A stretch of DNA of 64,000 nucleotides. Origin: an uncultured Nitrosomonas sp. (GTDB taxonomy: Bacteria > Pseudomonadota > Gammaproteobacteria > Burkholderiales > Nitrosomonadaceae). The notes under the pieces are model-generated. The model did no database searches. It had not been told where the DNA came from and was given only the letters and a program-made list of their open reading frames with translations. The position numbers and the translations under genes were made by a program. The DNA lies in the NCBI GenBank assembly GCA_949281375.1, contig CASDLT010000010.1, positions 119,182-183,181 of the forward strand, given 5' to 3'. How positions within the stretch are numbered: the first letter of the stretch is position 1; each line of letters begins with the position of its first letter. Of this stretch, positions 51,598 to 61,654 are shown piece by piece.

Positions 51598-53040
51598 ATG
51601 ATTGAAGACAGCCCAAGCCATGACGCCGAAAATGCCCCAACGCCGCTGGAGCAGACCACCTATCTATTACGCAAATACAAACTCGTCGAAGGGCTTGTCA
51701 ATTTACAGGAAGCCAACGACCAATCGCTGACTGAATCCTCGGTTCAAACTCGCAATTTATCCGAACTTCAACATTTTCTGGAACAACTTCATCCAGCCGA
51801 TATCGCGCATATCCTCGAAGCTTTGCCTCTGGATGATCGGCTTCTGATTTGGAGCATGGTCAAAGCCGAGCAAGATGGCGAGGTCCTGCTTGAAACGTCT
51901 GATGCCGTTCGCGCTACCTTGATCACCGACATGGGCAGTCAGGAGCTGATAGCAGCGACCGAATATCTCGATACCGATGAAATTGCCGACCTTGCGCCTG
52001 ACTTACCCCAGGACGTCATGGATGACGTCTTCCGCTCGCTGCCCATCACGGAACGCGAACAGCTTCGGTCTGCGATGTCTTACCCAGAAGATTCCGTTGG
52101 CGCATTGATGGATTTTGATGTCATCACGATCCGAGAGGATGTTCGCCTGGAAGTCGTATTGAGATATTTGCGGCGCTTGGAAGAAATGCCCGATCATACC
52201 GATCAACTATTTGTTGTGAATAGAACTGAACATTTAAAAGGCGTGTTACTGATCAACCGTTTATTGGTTAGCGATCCTGATACGCTCGTGGCGAATGTAA
52301 TGACCAAAGAAATGATCAAGCTTCATCCAGACGATGTCGCCCAGCAGGCAGCAAATGCGTTCGAGCGCTATGATTTGGTCTCTGCGTCGGTTGTAGATGA
52401 AAGCGACAAATTGCTGGGTCGCGTCACTGTCGACACCGTCATCGATTTCATTCGCGCCAAGGCAGAGAATGAAGCATTGAATTTGGCCGGATTGAGTGAA
52501 GAGGAGGATTTGTTTGCGCCGGTTCTGAAAAGCGTCAAGAATCGATGGGTCTGGCTGGCGATCAATTTGGTGACGGCTTTCATCGCTTCGCGCGTAATCG
52601 GCTTTTTTGAAGATTCCATCGAACGACTGGTGGCATTGGCTGCATTAATGCCGATCATTGCCGGCATCGGAGGAAACTCGGGCAATCAGACCATCACGAT
52701 GATCGTTCGTGCATTGGCTCTGGATCAAATCAATACCAGCAGCGCCTGGAAATTGATCATGAAAGAAGTTGGCGTCAGCATTGTCAATGGCATCTTGTGG
52801 GGTACGGTCGTGGGATTGTTCACCTTTGCCATTTATCAAAATGCAGAATTGGGCTTGGTGATGACTTTGGCAATGATACTTAATTTGCTGCTGGCTGCGT
52901 TATTAGGGGTGTTGATTCCGTTGACGTTGCGTAAATTTGACCGCGATCCCGCGCTTGGTTCGAGCGTGATGATCACTGCGGTTACGGATAGTGGCGGTTT
53001 TTTTATTTTTCTTGGTCTGGCGACGCTGTTTCTATTGTAA
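51598..53040 (+). CDS. mgtE: Magnesium transporter MgtE
   Basis: MgtE_N domain, two CBS domains, 'GIGGNSGNQT' and 'VTDSGGF'. Confidence 0.97.
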   Translation: MIEDSPSHDAENAPTPLEQTTYLLRKYKLVEGLVNLQEANDQSLTESSVQTRNLSELQHFLEQLHPADIAHILEALPLDDRLLIWSMVKAEQDGEVLLETSDAVRATLITDMGSQELIAATEYLDTDEIADLAPDLPQDVMDDVFRSLPITEREQLRSAMSYPEDSVGALMDFDVITIREDVRLEVVLRYLRRLEEMPDHTDQLFVVNRTEHLKGVLLINRLLVSDPDTLVANVMTKEMIKLHPDDVAQQAANAFERYDLVSASVVDESDKLLGRVTVDTVIDFIRAKAENEALNLAGLSEEEDLFAPVLKSVKNRWVWLAINLVTAFIASRVIGFFEDSIERLVALAALMPIIAGIGGNSGNQTITMIVRALALDQINTSSAWKLIMKEVGVSIVNGILWGTVVGLFTFAIYQNAELGLVMTLAMILNLLLAALLGVLIPLTLRKFDRDPALGSSVMITAVTDSGGFFIFLGLATLFLL

Positions 53041-53074
53041 TCAGCGCCATTAAATCGATGCTTTTTGCTCATAT

Positions 53075-53111
53075 AAAAAAGCCTAGAGAAAATAAATTTA
53101 TTCTCTAGGCT
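53075..53111 (-). terminator. Rho-independent terminator of the PEP-CTERM gene
   Basis: agcctagagaa / ttctctaggct stem with an A6 run on the left (U-tract on the minus strand). Confidence 0.75.
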
Positions 53112-53199
53112 AATGCACCATGACGCAATGCAAGTATCTTCTTCTTATTGTTGTTCGTTTTCTATTTCCTGGAATTTTTACTGATCCATCACGCGACGG

Positions 53200-53826
53200 T
53201 CAAATTGAACGTGTATCACCTCTGTTGCGCAATTGATAACTTATCATCAACAAACCTGCCAATAGCATTGCATACGCCTCTGGCTCGGGAACTGCACTGA
53301 TATTGGTGAATACGAAAGCTTCATCATCGTAATCAAAATCCCCTCCACGAATCAAATCCTCAAACCCCACATAGGTGCCAGCAGGTATGCCAGTTTCCAT
53401 ATCACCGCCAAATGAAGTCGAGAACACATGACTGGTATGATCCGAATTAAATGAATGATCGGAGGACCAGGTTTTTCCCGTCGTCAGCACATTCAATTGA
53501 AAAGTAATGACATCACCTTCGTGGACAAATCCAAGATTCAGGAAATCTCCCGTCGCAGAACTATGATTGTGAAAAACGCCGGCCGATGTTTCGGGGGTTG
53601 CTACGCCATTGACCAACATCGTCAACGTGTTTGAATAAGCAGCCGTTGCACCGAAAAAATACCCATTGATTTGTCCAGTTGAGGTTGCGGTAAATGTATA
53701 AGAATCAGGATTCTGACTTCCAGTATTAGAATAAGTCACTGCCGCTGCACTGGCATTGAAGCTCGACGAGATGCTGAGTCCAAAAATGCCCATCATTGTG
53801 ATCAATCGTATAAAATTCTCCATCAT
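53200..53826 (-). CDS. PEP-CTERM sorting-domain exported protein (DUF4114-like acidic motif)
   Basis: Signal peptide; 'VGFEDLIRGGDFDYDD'; C-terminal VPEP-TM-basic tail. Confidence 0.92.
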   Translation of the reverse strand: MMENFIRLITMMGIFGLSISSSFNASAAAVTYSNTGSQNPDSYTFTATSTGQINGYFFGATAAYSNTLTMLVNGVATPETSAGVFHNHSSATGDFLNLGFVHEGDVITFQLNVLTTGKTWSSDHSFNSDHTSHVFSTSFGGDMETGIPAGTYVGFEDLIRGGDFDYDDEAFVFTNISAVPEPEAYAMLLAGLLMISYQLRNRGDTRSI

Positions 53827-54205
53827 ACCGCTCCTAATTTGTTAATCTGACTATCAAAAATTGACTAAACCATCAGTCACATAAGATTGAGCTATGCTAC
53901 CGATCCGCGGTTTGAATCGATAGAGAAAGGTGTCATCAAATCAGTATGATAATCACACTAGAAGAAGTAGGATGCCGATCCCGGCTTTGATAGGATGATT
54001 GCTTGCAGTAAAACTAGGAGAGATGTCCCGAAAATCTTTTTTACTCATTGATAATTTGAAGAGAATTTACAATATTCACTTGACAGAAATACCTTCGCAA
54101 TGAGATATGTGTCATGGGCTTCATGAACAACACTTCCGACCTTATCAATGGGCAATAGCTGCCATTTCGTTGCCCAGTCTATGTTTTGACCCATAGAAAT
54201 AATCA

Positions 54206-54937
54206 TTGAATAGCCTTATGAAAACAGATGACAATCAAATTTCATTTCGAACCACGATCATTGTGCGCCTATTGATCGCTATCGCACTTTTTCTGCTGCT
54301 CGCAAACACAGGCGGGCAGTTTTTAAGATTCTTGGTAGGAGAGGACAATCCTTACTTGAGAAAATTGATTCTTCTCGTTCACTTCGATCATGAAGGCAAT
54401 CTTCCCACCTACTTTTCGGTTTTATTGCTCTTGTTAATCGCAGCACTCCTGGCGCTCATTGCCGAGCTAAATCGAAAGCACATGCATCCCCATGTATCGA
54501 AGTGGATGACTTTGTCAGGGGGATTTTTATACATCGCATTTGATGAAGCCTTCCAAATTCATGAAAAGCTAATTTGGCCATTTCAAAGGTTGATCGGCGA
54601 AGACAATCTGGGAATTTTTTATTTTGCCTGGGTCATTCCGGCAATTTTCATTGTGATCATGCTTGGTCTGTTCTTTTTGAAATTTCTGCTTTACCTCTCG
54701 GTGACAGAAAGAAATAGATTCTTGCTAGCTGCAGCGTTGTATCTCGGAGGAGCCATAGGAATGGAACTCATCGGAGGTCGTCACGTAGAGTTATATGGAG
54801 AAGAAAATTGGGGGTATAGCACGATCACGACGCTTGAAGAAAGTCTCGAGATGGCTGGCCTTATTTTCTTCATCTGGGCACTCCTGAAATATTGCGAAGC
54901 ACATTATTCAAGCGTTCAGTTCCATTTCAAGGCATAA
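54206..54937 (+). CDS. Conserved multi-pass membrane protein of unknown function
   Basis: About 6 TM; 'FDEAFQIHE' and 'LEESLEMAG'. Start may be ATG 54218. Confidence 0.75.
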   Translation: MNSLMKTDDNQISFRTTIIVRLLIAIALFLLLANTGGQFLRFLVGEDNPYLRKLILLVHFDHEGNLPTYFSVLLLLLIAALLALIAELNRKHMHPHVSKWMTLSGGFLYIAFDEAFQIHEKLIWPFQRLIGEDNLGIFYFAWVIPAIFIVIMLGLFFLKFLLYLSVTERNRFLLAAALYLGGAIGMELIGGRHVELYGEENWGYSTITTLEESLEMAGLIFFIWALLKYCEAHYSSVQFHFKA

Positions 54938-55032
54938 CGCACTTCATTTCCCATTAATCATGAGTTCTGCATATCAGCGTTATCGCGCGCTGCTCTGCTA
55001 GCCTGGAAAAACCATTTCATAAAAAAATAATC

Positions 55033-57225
55033 ATGCACTATCAATTTTTTGCCACTACCCCGAAAGCACTCGAAGGCATCCTTGCCAATGAAGTTGAAAT
55101 GCTCGGGGGGGAAAATGTACGGCAGAAGCTGGCAGGGGTGGCTTTTCAGGGGGATTTGGAAACCGCATACACAACCTGCTTATGGTCGCGCGTCGCCAGC
55201 CGCATTTTATTGCTGCTCAGCAGCTTTGAAGTTAAATCCCAACAGGATCTCTATGATGGCATTCAGCGCATCGATTGGTTTGAGCATTTGAATGCAAACG
55301 ACAGCCTGGCAGTATCCTTCAGCAGCAAAAATAACTCGGCAATCAATAACAGCCATTTTGGCGCATTACGCGTCAAAGATGCCATCGTGGACCAAATGCG
55401 CGCCAGATTCAATGTTCGTCCAAACGTCGATACCGAGCATCCCAGCATTCGAGTCAATGTTCATCTCCAGGATGACACGGCTCAATTGAGCCTGGATTTA
55501 TCTGGCGAAAGTTCACACCGGCGCGGCTACCGTGACATCAATATCGCTGCGCCGATCAAGGAAAATCTCGCAGCCGCCATTTTGTTGCGTGCTGGTTGGC
55601 CCGACATCGCCCGACGAGGCGGCACGCTGCTCGACCCGATGTGCGGTTCAGGCACGTTACTGATCGAGGGAGCGCTGATCGCCGGCGATATCGCTCCCGG
55701 CCTGCAACGCGATTATTTTGGGTTTCTAGGATGGAAACAGCATAACGCCACACTCTGGCAAAGCCTTCTTGAGCAAGCTCAACAGCGCCGCGATATCGGT
55801 ATGCACCAACTCCCCGTCATTGTCGGCTTCGATCAGGATCGCCATACCGTGTCAGCGGCATTGAAGCACATTGACAACGCCGGCTTGACAGGAAAAATTC
55901 ATGTCGAAAAGCGCGATATCGCCAGCGCATCCGCGTCTGAACGCTGGCCCAAAGGTTTGATCGTCTGCAATCCGCCCTATGGCGAACGCCTTGGCGATGA
56001 AGAAGAGGTTGCACTGCTGTACCGGAAATTTGGTGAAACATTGAAACAACATTTCTCTGGCTGGCAGGCAACCATTATTATTGGCAATCCTGAACTCGGC
56101 TTTAAATTGGGCATCCGTTCGCAACGGCCGATCACGATGTTCAATGGCTCGCTGGAGTGCAGGCTGTTGCGTTTCAGCATTGAAGAAAAAGCGTTCTTCG
56201 AACCGAAAACCCACTCCCAGCAGGAACGCATCGAGCATATCCGGCGGCGCGCGCATACCGAACAGGCGGATCAACAGGCGGAAATGTTCGCCAATCGATT
56301 ACGGAAGAATATCAAACGGTTGACCAAATGGATCAAGCAACATCAGGTGCATTGCTACCGGCTCTACGATGCCGATTTGCCAGAATTTGCGGTGGCTATC
56401 GATATCTATCATGGCGACGAAACCTGGGTTAATGTTCAGGAATACGAGTCTCCCAAAACCATCGATCCGGCAAAAGCCAATCAGCGCCTTGCTGCAGCAA
56501 TGGCCGTTATACCTCACGTGCTGAACATACCTGCGGAAAATATTTTCTTAAAAATACGCCGCAAGCAGAAAAGTACCGATCAATATGAAAAACAAGGCGA
56601 TTCACGCCATTTCCATATCGTTGAGGAAGGCGGATGCAAGTTCTGGGTGAACTTTGAAGATTACCTGGATACTGGCTTGTTTCTTGATCACCGTCCGCTG
56701 CGTCTTTTGCTCCAGGAACAGGCAAAAGGCAAGCGTTTTCTGAATTTATTCGCTTATACCGGCAGCGCCACCGTCCATGCAGCAGTAGGCGGCGCCATTT
56801 CCAGCGTCACTATCGATATGTCCAATACCTATCTTGCATGGGCGCAAAGAAACTTCGTCCTCAACGGCATCCAAGGTAATCACACGCTAGTGCGCGCTAA
56901 CTGCTTGAAATGGCTAAGCGATCAGGTTGACACCCATCAAAAAACACGCTTCGATTTAATTTTTCTTGATCCGCCCACTTTTTCCAATTCCAAAAAAATG
57001 GATGAAGCATTTGATATCCAGAAAGACCATGTGACACTGATACGTAATGCGATGAGTCTGCTCGCGGTCAATGGAACATTGTACTTCTCAACCAACTTCC
57101 GGCGTTTCAAAATAAATCACGAAGAACTGGGTAAGTTCAAGATCGACGATATCAGCAAAAGTATGATTCCGGAGGATTTCGCTCGCAACAGCAAAATTCA
57201 TTATTGCTGGAAAATTACTCATTGA
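55033..57225 (+). CDS. rlmKL: Bifunctional 23S rRNA m2G2445/m7G2069 methyltransferase
   Basis: THUMP domain plus 'DPMCGSGT' and 'NPPYGER' (RlmL); 'DTGLFLDHR' and 'DPPTFSNSK' (RlmK); 730 aa. Confidence 0.96.
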   Translation: MHYQFFATTPKALEGILANEVEMLGGENVRQKLAGVAFQGDLETAYTTCLWSRVASRILLLLSSFEVKSQQDLYDGIQRIDWFEHLNANDSLAVSFSSKNNSAINNSHFGALRVKDAIVDQMRARFNVRPNVDTEHPSIRVNVHLQDDTAQLSLDLSGESSHRRGYRDINIAAPIKENLAAAILLRAGWPDIARRGGTLLDPMCGSGTLLIEGALIAGDIAPGLQRDYFGFLGWKQHNATLWQSLLEQAQQRRDIGMHQLPVIVGFDQDRHTVSAALKHIDNAGLTGKIHVEKRDIASASASERWPKGLIVCNPPYGERLGDEEEVALLYRKFGETLKQHFSGWQATIIIGNPELGFKLGIRSQRPITMFNGSLECRLLRFSIEEKAFFEPKTHSQQERIEHIRRRAHTEQADQQAEMFANRLRKNIKRLTKWIKQHQVHCYRLYDADLPEFAVAIDIYHGDETWVNVQEYESPKTIDPAKANQRLAAAMAVIPHVLNIPAENIFLKIRRKQKSTDQYEKQGDSRHFHIVEEGGCKFWVNFEDYLDTGLFLDHRPLRLLLQEQAKGKRFLNLFAYTGSATVHAAVGGAISSVTIDMSNTYLAWAQRNFVLNGIQGNHTLVRANCLKWLSDQVDTHQKTRFDLIFLDPPTFSNSKKMDEAFDIQKDHVTLIRNAMSLLAVNGTLYFSTNFRRFKINHEELGKFKIDDISKSMIPEDFARNSKIHYCWKITH

Positions 57226-57258
57226 AATTACTGCTTGGTACTTACCGCAATTCATTAA

Positions 57259-57398
57259 GAAAACGCTGATTAATTTGCCAAACGAACATAACGCTTCGTT
57301 GCTGGGTACTCGGCCCTCGCCTACCGTTTAGTAGTCCTGGTTGCTGCGTTCGATTCGCCTTGCGCTTCATCTCGTTCGCCAGATTAATCAGCATTTTC
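57259..57398 (-). mobile_element. MITE-like repeat, copy D
   Basis: Ends gaaaacgctgattaat / attaatcagcattttc; flanks TTAA/CTAA; core cgccttgcgcttcatctc. Confidence 0.85.
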
Positions 57399-57440
57399 CT
57401 AAAGAACATCAGGTAATATTTGCACCCAGCCTCATGGTCA

Positions 57441-57641
57441 TTATGACATTTTTGGCTTTCTTGAACCTCGTATGAATGTATCAATCAAATAACTCAAATA
57501 CAACGTAAGAATGATATCGGATAACACCCAGCCCATCATTGATTCCGGTAATTCGAAAGTCAACATGATGTTATAAAAGACCATACCAACAATCATTATT
57601 CCAATGATCATAATTTCATGATTTTTCATAAAGATCTCCAA
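57441..57641 (-). CDS. Small two-TM membrane protein
   Basis: Two hydrophobic segments and a basic tail; GGAG before ATG 57641 (57629 also possible). Confidence 0.6.
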   Translation of the reverse strand: MEIFMKNHEIMIIGIMIVGMVFYNIMLTFELPESMMGWVLSDIILTLYLSYLIDTFIRGSRKPKMS

Positions 57642-58185
57642 CTCATAAGTAATGATAAGGCAAAAAAGTGAAAAAATAATAAAACTTCACAAAATTTTCA
57701 CATATTATTCACAATAAATTTACATTTGTCTAGATGCAATCCCACCTTTAACTAAAAATGCGATAACGCTGACCGATAAATCTTTTGAGATTAGATGAAA
57801 GAATTTCAATCGCATGGCCAACATCATTCAAGCCAGGCTTTGAGAACAATTATGAGTTTGTGCAGCTGTGGGGATATTTTGAATTAGAACAGTATTTACC
57901 CGATTGTTTCGGATTGAGTCGGCCTGATTCGAGAAAAAAGGAATCTCGGCCGTATTAATGCTGGGGGTGTGAATATAACCGGCAATTACAATTCGATGAA
58001 TCAGATGTGAGCGGAAGCCTCAAGAATGAAACAAAAATGTTTTGCTTCTTCGCCACGGTGAAGTGCGGCCATAGCCGCATAGTATCCAACTCATGTGCAG
58101 TAAAATTGCACTAATTGATCTCGCTACCTCTACCTCTCATGAATGGCGATGGAATTAAGTAACTGCAGGAAGAATAATGATGACA

Positions 58186-58926
58186 TCAAGCAACTTTTTT
58201 CGATTCTTTCTTACCCACAAACAAACCTTGTTGAATGGTCTTGTAGCATTCACATGCTTTGTGCTCGAGAAGCAGTTTATTCTTCAGTTCCATATGGCCT
58301 CGGCGATAATTGATAATCCCGTTCAATTGAAATTTCCGCGCTAGCTCGGTAATGCTTTCACGCCGGACGCCCAGTAAATATCCGATCGTTTCGTGCGTAA
58401 TCGACAAATCCGTTGAGTCCAGGCGCTCGAACGTCAACAATAACCACCGGCTTAGCCGTTGTTCCAGGGTATGGCGGCAATTGCACACAGAAATCTGTGA
58501 AACATGCACAAGGAATGTTTGCGCGTATTCCAGCATCAATGTTTTAAGCATCCCGGCGCGACGCCCGCCACTGCGAGCGAGCAATTCTTTCAATACCTTG
58601 ACTGACATTTTATAGGCATAGCCTGCATGACTGATAACCGCCTGTGAAAAAGCCACATTCTTATTCAGTATCACGGAAACATCCAGAAAGCCCTCCTTAC
58701 CGACCATTTCAATCTCTACGGTCGAACCATCTTCAAGCGAGCATTGCAGGGAAGCGAGTGCATTAACAGGAAAATAGATAAATTCAATTTTCTCATTAAT
58801 TTCGTACAGAACCTCTGCTTGGGAAAGCGATATCAATTCCAAATGTGGAATCAACGCTTCAAGCTCAGCTTGAGGGAGTTCTTTCAAAATGTGGTTCTCA
58901 CGTGGATCGAATGATTTTATCAGCAT
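58186..58926 (-). CDS. Crp/Fnr-family transcriptional regulator (paralog 2)
   Basis: Clearly homologous to 33676-34488, sharing 'LEDGSTVE', 'RSGGRR', 'GVRRE' and 'ACECY'. Confidence 0.9.
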   Translation of the reverse strand: MLIKSFDPRENHILKELPQAELEALIPHLELISLSQAEVLYEINEKIEFIYFPVNALASLQCSLEDGSTVEIEMVGKEGFLDVSVILNKNVAFSQAVISHAGYAYKMSVKVLKELLARSGGRRAGMLKTLMLEYAQTFLVHVSQISVCNCRHTLEQRLSRWLLLTFERLDSTDLSITHETIGYLLGVRRESITELARKFQLNGIINYRRGHMELKNKLLLEHKACECYKTIQQGLFVGKKESKKVA

Positions 58927-59445
58927 TATCTTCTCCTTCTTTTGGGGAAATCATTAACCAAGCACCTATAAAAACTCACATGAATTTGGTAAGAATGATT
59001 TTTTTACGAGTCATCAAATGTGAAGCTATTTAATTAGAAATCGAGTCAAAAGAAAATAGGAGGAACTACGTAGTAAAGTCAGAAAATTAGAGAAATCCGG
59101 TTGATGAATTCGTCATCAACATCGAGGGTATTGATCCAGGAACAGGAATAAGAACTTGTATTTGATCAGCAATTCCACGAATGGCACGAATTCCACAACA
59201 AGCTTTTAACATCGTCGCGAGTCGGCGCTTTTTAGGCTTTTTATATTCTTAAAATCAATTGGTTATCGTTTTAAAGCTCTGAAATGCGAAATGGATGTGT
59301 TCAACAATCTAAATCTATGTATAAATACCTATCGACGTCTGAAAATATTTTTAAAAAATTTTTCAGTATTCATTTTCAATGAAAATTTCTTTGCTGACAG
59401 AGAGTAAAACCATCAAGCAGCGTCTGTTTGATCAGCATCTGTCCA

Positions 59446-60060
59446 TTAAAACGTGACATTGTGCATTGTGCATTGACTCGCAAGTTCAAGAAAACTACTG
59501 CTCGTCATTTTTTTTAAAATTTGAGTGCGGTGAATTTCCACAGTGCGGGCGCTAATATCCAATTGATGAGCGATTTCCTTCGTCGCGTTACCGGCAAGAA
59601 CCAGTTGCAAGATTTGCTTCTCTCGGGCGGACAATGTATTGAATTTCTGCAGGAAGAGTTTTTCGGACTCCAATTCATCATTGTTTTGCGATTGTTTTTG
59701 TAATTCAACCTGAATGCAATGAAAAATATCTTCGATGGCTACGGGTTTCGTGAGGAAATCCACTGCGCCGGATTTCATTGCCTGCACCGTAATGGGAACA
59801 GTGCCATAAGATGTCAGAAAAATGATCGGCAAGCGAATGTTCCGCCGCTCAAGCTCGGCCTGAAGCTCAATTCCGTTCATTCCAGGAAGATTGAGGTCCA
59901 GCACGATACAACCCGACAATTCCATGTCGAATCTTTCGAGGAACTCCTCCGCGCTGCTAAACAACTGGCAATCGATATCCACTGTCTCGAGCATCAACTG
60001 CAAGCTGTCTCGAATGGCCTCATCGTCGTCAATAATGAATACACGTGTGGGTTGCGTCAT
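59446..60060 (-). CDS. FixJ/LuxR-type response regulator
   Basis: DDD, 'VLDLNLPG', 'FLTKP' and HTH 'ISARTVEIHRTQILKKM'. Confidence 0.93.
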   Translation of the reverse strand: MTQPTRVFIIDDDEAIRDSLQLMLETVDIDCQLFSSAEEFLERFDMELSGCIVLDLNLPGMNGIELQAELERRNIRLPIIFLTSYGTVPITVQAMKSGAVDFLTKPVAIEDIFHCIQVELQKQSQNNDELESEKLFLQKFNTLSAREKQILQLVLAGNATKEIAHQLDISARTVEIHRTQILKKMTSSSFLELASQCTMHNVTF

Positions 60061-61028
60061 GACTCAAACGGTAGCGTAAATTTAATGCACAGTCCTTTCC
60101 TGGCATTCTGTTCCGCCCATATTTTTCCGCCATAAGATTCTACCAATGTTTTGCTGATCGGTAAGCCCATTCCTATGCCATTGGCTTTGGTCGAATAAAA
60201 GGGTTTGAAAAGCTGGTGTAACGCGCTGCTATCAGAAACGCCGCGCCCGTCATCGATCACAGCAATTTCAACCAACTCGGCCTTTGGGGAAGGCAGCGCA
60301 GTGACTATCGTCAATGTCCGGGCGTTTTCCTTGTTATCCTCCATTGCTTCGAGCGCATTCATGACCAGCGCGATGATGACCTTTTCGATATGCAGCGGAT
60401 TGACTGAAACTCTCCGCAAGTTCTTGGACAGCTTCAATTTAATGGTTATGTTGGATAAATCTTCCGTAACGCGCATATAGCTAAGGGCGCTATTGATGAG
60501 TATATTGATGTCCGAAGAGGTATTGCTTATTTTCTCAGTGCTCAAGAAAATCATTAAATGCTTGATGACATCTGTGGCGCGTTGCGACTGATCACAGCAT
60601 TTATTGATAATGTCCTTTATTTTGATTAAATCTGGATGCTCTGCATCCAATGATTTCTTCAATACAAAACTATAAAATGATAATGCGGTAAGAGGCTGGT
60701 GTAACGCATGCGCAATGACGATCGCCGTCTGATTTGAAACATAGAATTCGGTAAACTTTTCGATCGTATGGCGTTTTTTTATCAGCTCCCGATGATCCAG
60801 AAAATGAGTGAATCCTGAGTTGTTACTCATCGCAACGTTAGAGGATTTCGGGACATTCTGGCTTACATTCTGTTGAGAAACGACATAGGGATGCAAACCA
60901 TCACCATAGGTCAAGTAAGCGGGTTTCTCAGACTCTACGCATTTGAAAATACCATCGTGCTCTAAGCGCAGGTTTCGTTCAGGCGTTTGCTTGAGCCATT
61001 CAGTCCAACTAATGGGCATTTTTTCCAT
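60057..61028 (-). CDS. FixL-like histidine kinase without TM/PAS input domain
   Basis: H-box 'IAHALHQPLT', G1 'DDGRGV', F/G2 'FKPFYSTKANGIGMGL'; 4-nt overlap with the regulator. Confidence 0.8.
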   Translation of the reverse strand: MEKMPISWTEWLKQTPERNLRLEHDGIFKCVESEKPAYLTYGDGLHPYVVSQQNVSQNVPKSSNVAMSNNSGFTHFLDHRELIKKRHTIEKFTEFYVSNQTAIVIAHALHQPLTALSFYSFVLKKSLDAEHPDLIKIKDIINKCCDQSQRATDVIKHLMIFLSTEKISNTSSDINILINSALSYMRVTEDLSNITIKLKLSKNLRRVSVNPLHIEKVIIALVMNALEAMEDNKENARTLTIVTALPSPKAELVEIAVIDDGRGVSDSSALHQLFKPFYSTKANGIGMGLPISKTLVESYGGKIWAEQNARKGLCIKFTLPFES

Positions 61029-61400
61029 TAAGCGATACCAGTTTATTAGGGCTCATCAGTTTTATTTGAGCCGTTATTGAATTCTAATACGATCAGCCAA
61101 CGAAATAGCAGAGAAAATCCCTGAGTACAGAACAATTCATGAAACGATTACAGGATATGTTTCATTGCCGAGTAAGAAAAAGTCATTTTTTGCGGATTTC
61201 TCATAACCTGAGTAGAAACGAATCATAGAGCGTACTGTCGAATCTGGTCTGCATCCAATGAAGAAGTAATATGAATAACAACCCAAAAATGATAAAAGTA
61301 ACTCAGGCCAAACGTTTTCCCAGTTCGTAAGAAATTTATAAAATTCCAAATGACCGGGCAGCGATCTTGAATAGGAAATAAGCATTACTATGTAGCCTAA

Positions 61401-61547
61401 TTAAATGCTGATTAATTCGGCGATCGAGATGAAGCGCAAGGCGTACGGAACCAAGCAACCGAGATCTATCAACACCCTGGGTGAGAGAGCGGGTACCATG
61501 CAACGAAGCAATTCGTTCGTACAACTAATTAATTCATCAGCATTTCC
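61401..61547 (+). mobile_element. MITE-like repeat, copy E
   Basis: Perfect CTAA duplication at 61397-61400 and 61548-61551; core GAGATGAAGCGCAAGGCG; end catcagcatttcc. Confidence 0.85.
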
Positions 61548-61654
61548 CTAAACAACCCGCAGATTCACTACATTAAATTCAAACGAATAACAGCACATGA
61601 ATTTTTCTATTTTTTATCATAATCTTAAGATTAAATTTCCTCATTAAAACGATA

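Noticed and set aside
57242-57484. 80-aa ORF on the minus strand
   Set aside because: Largely the sequence of MITE copy D.
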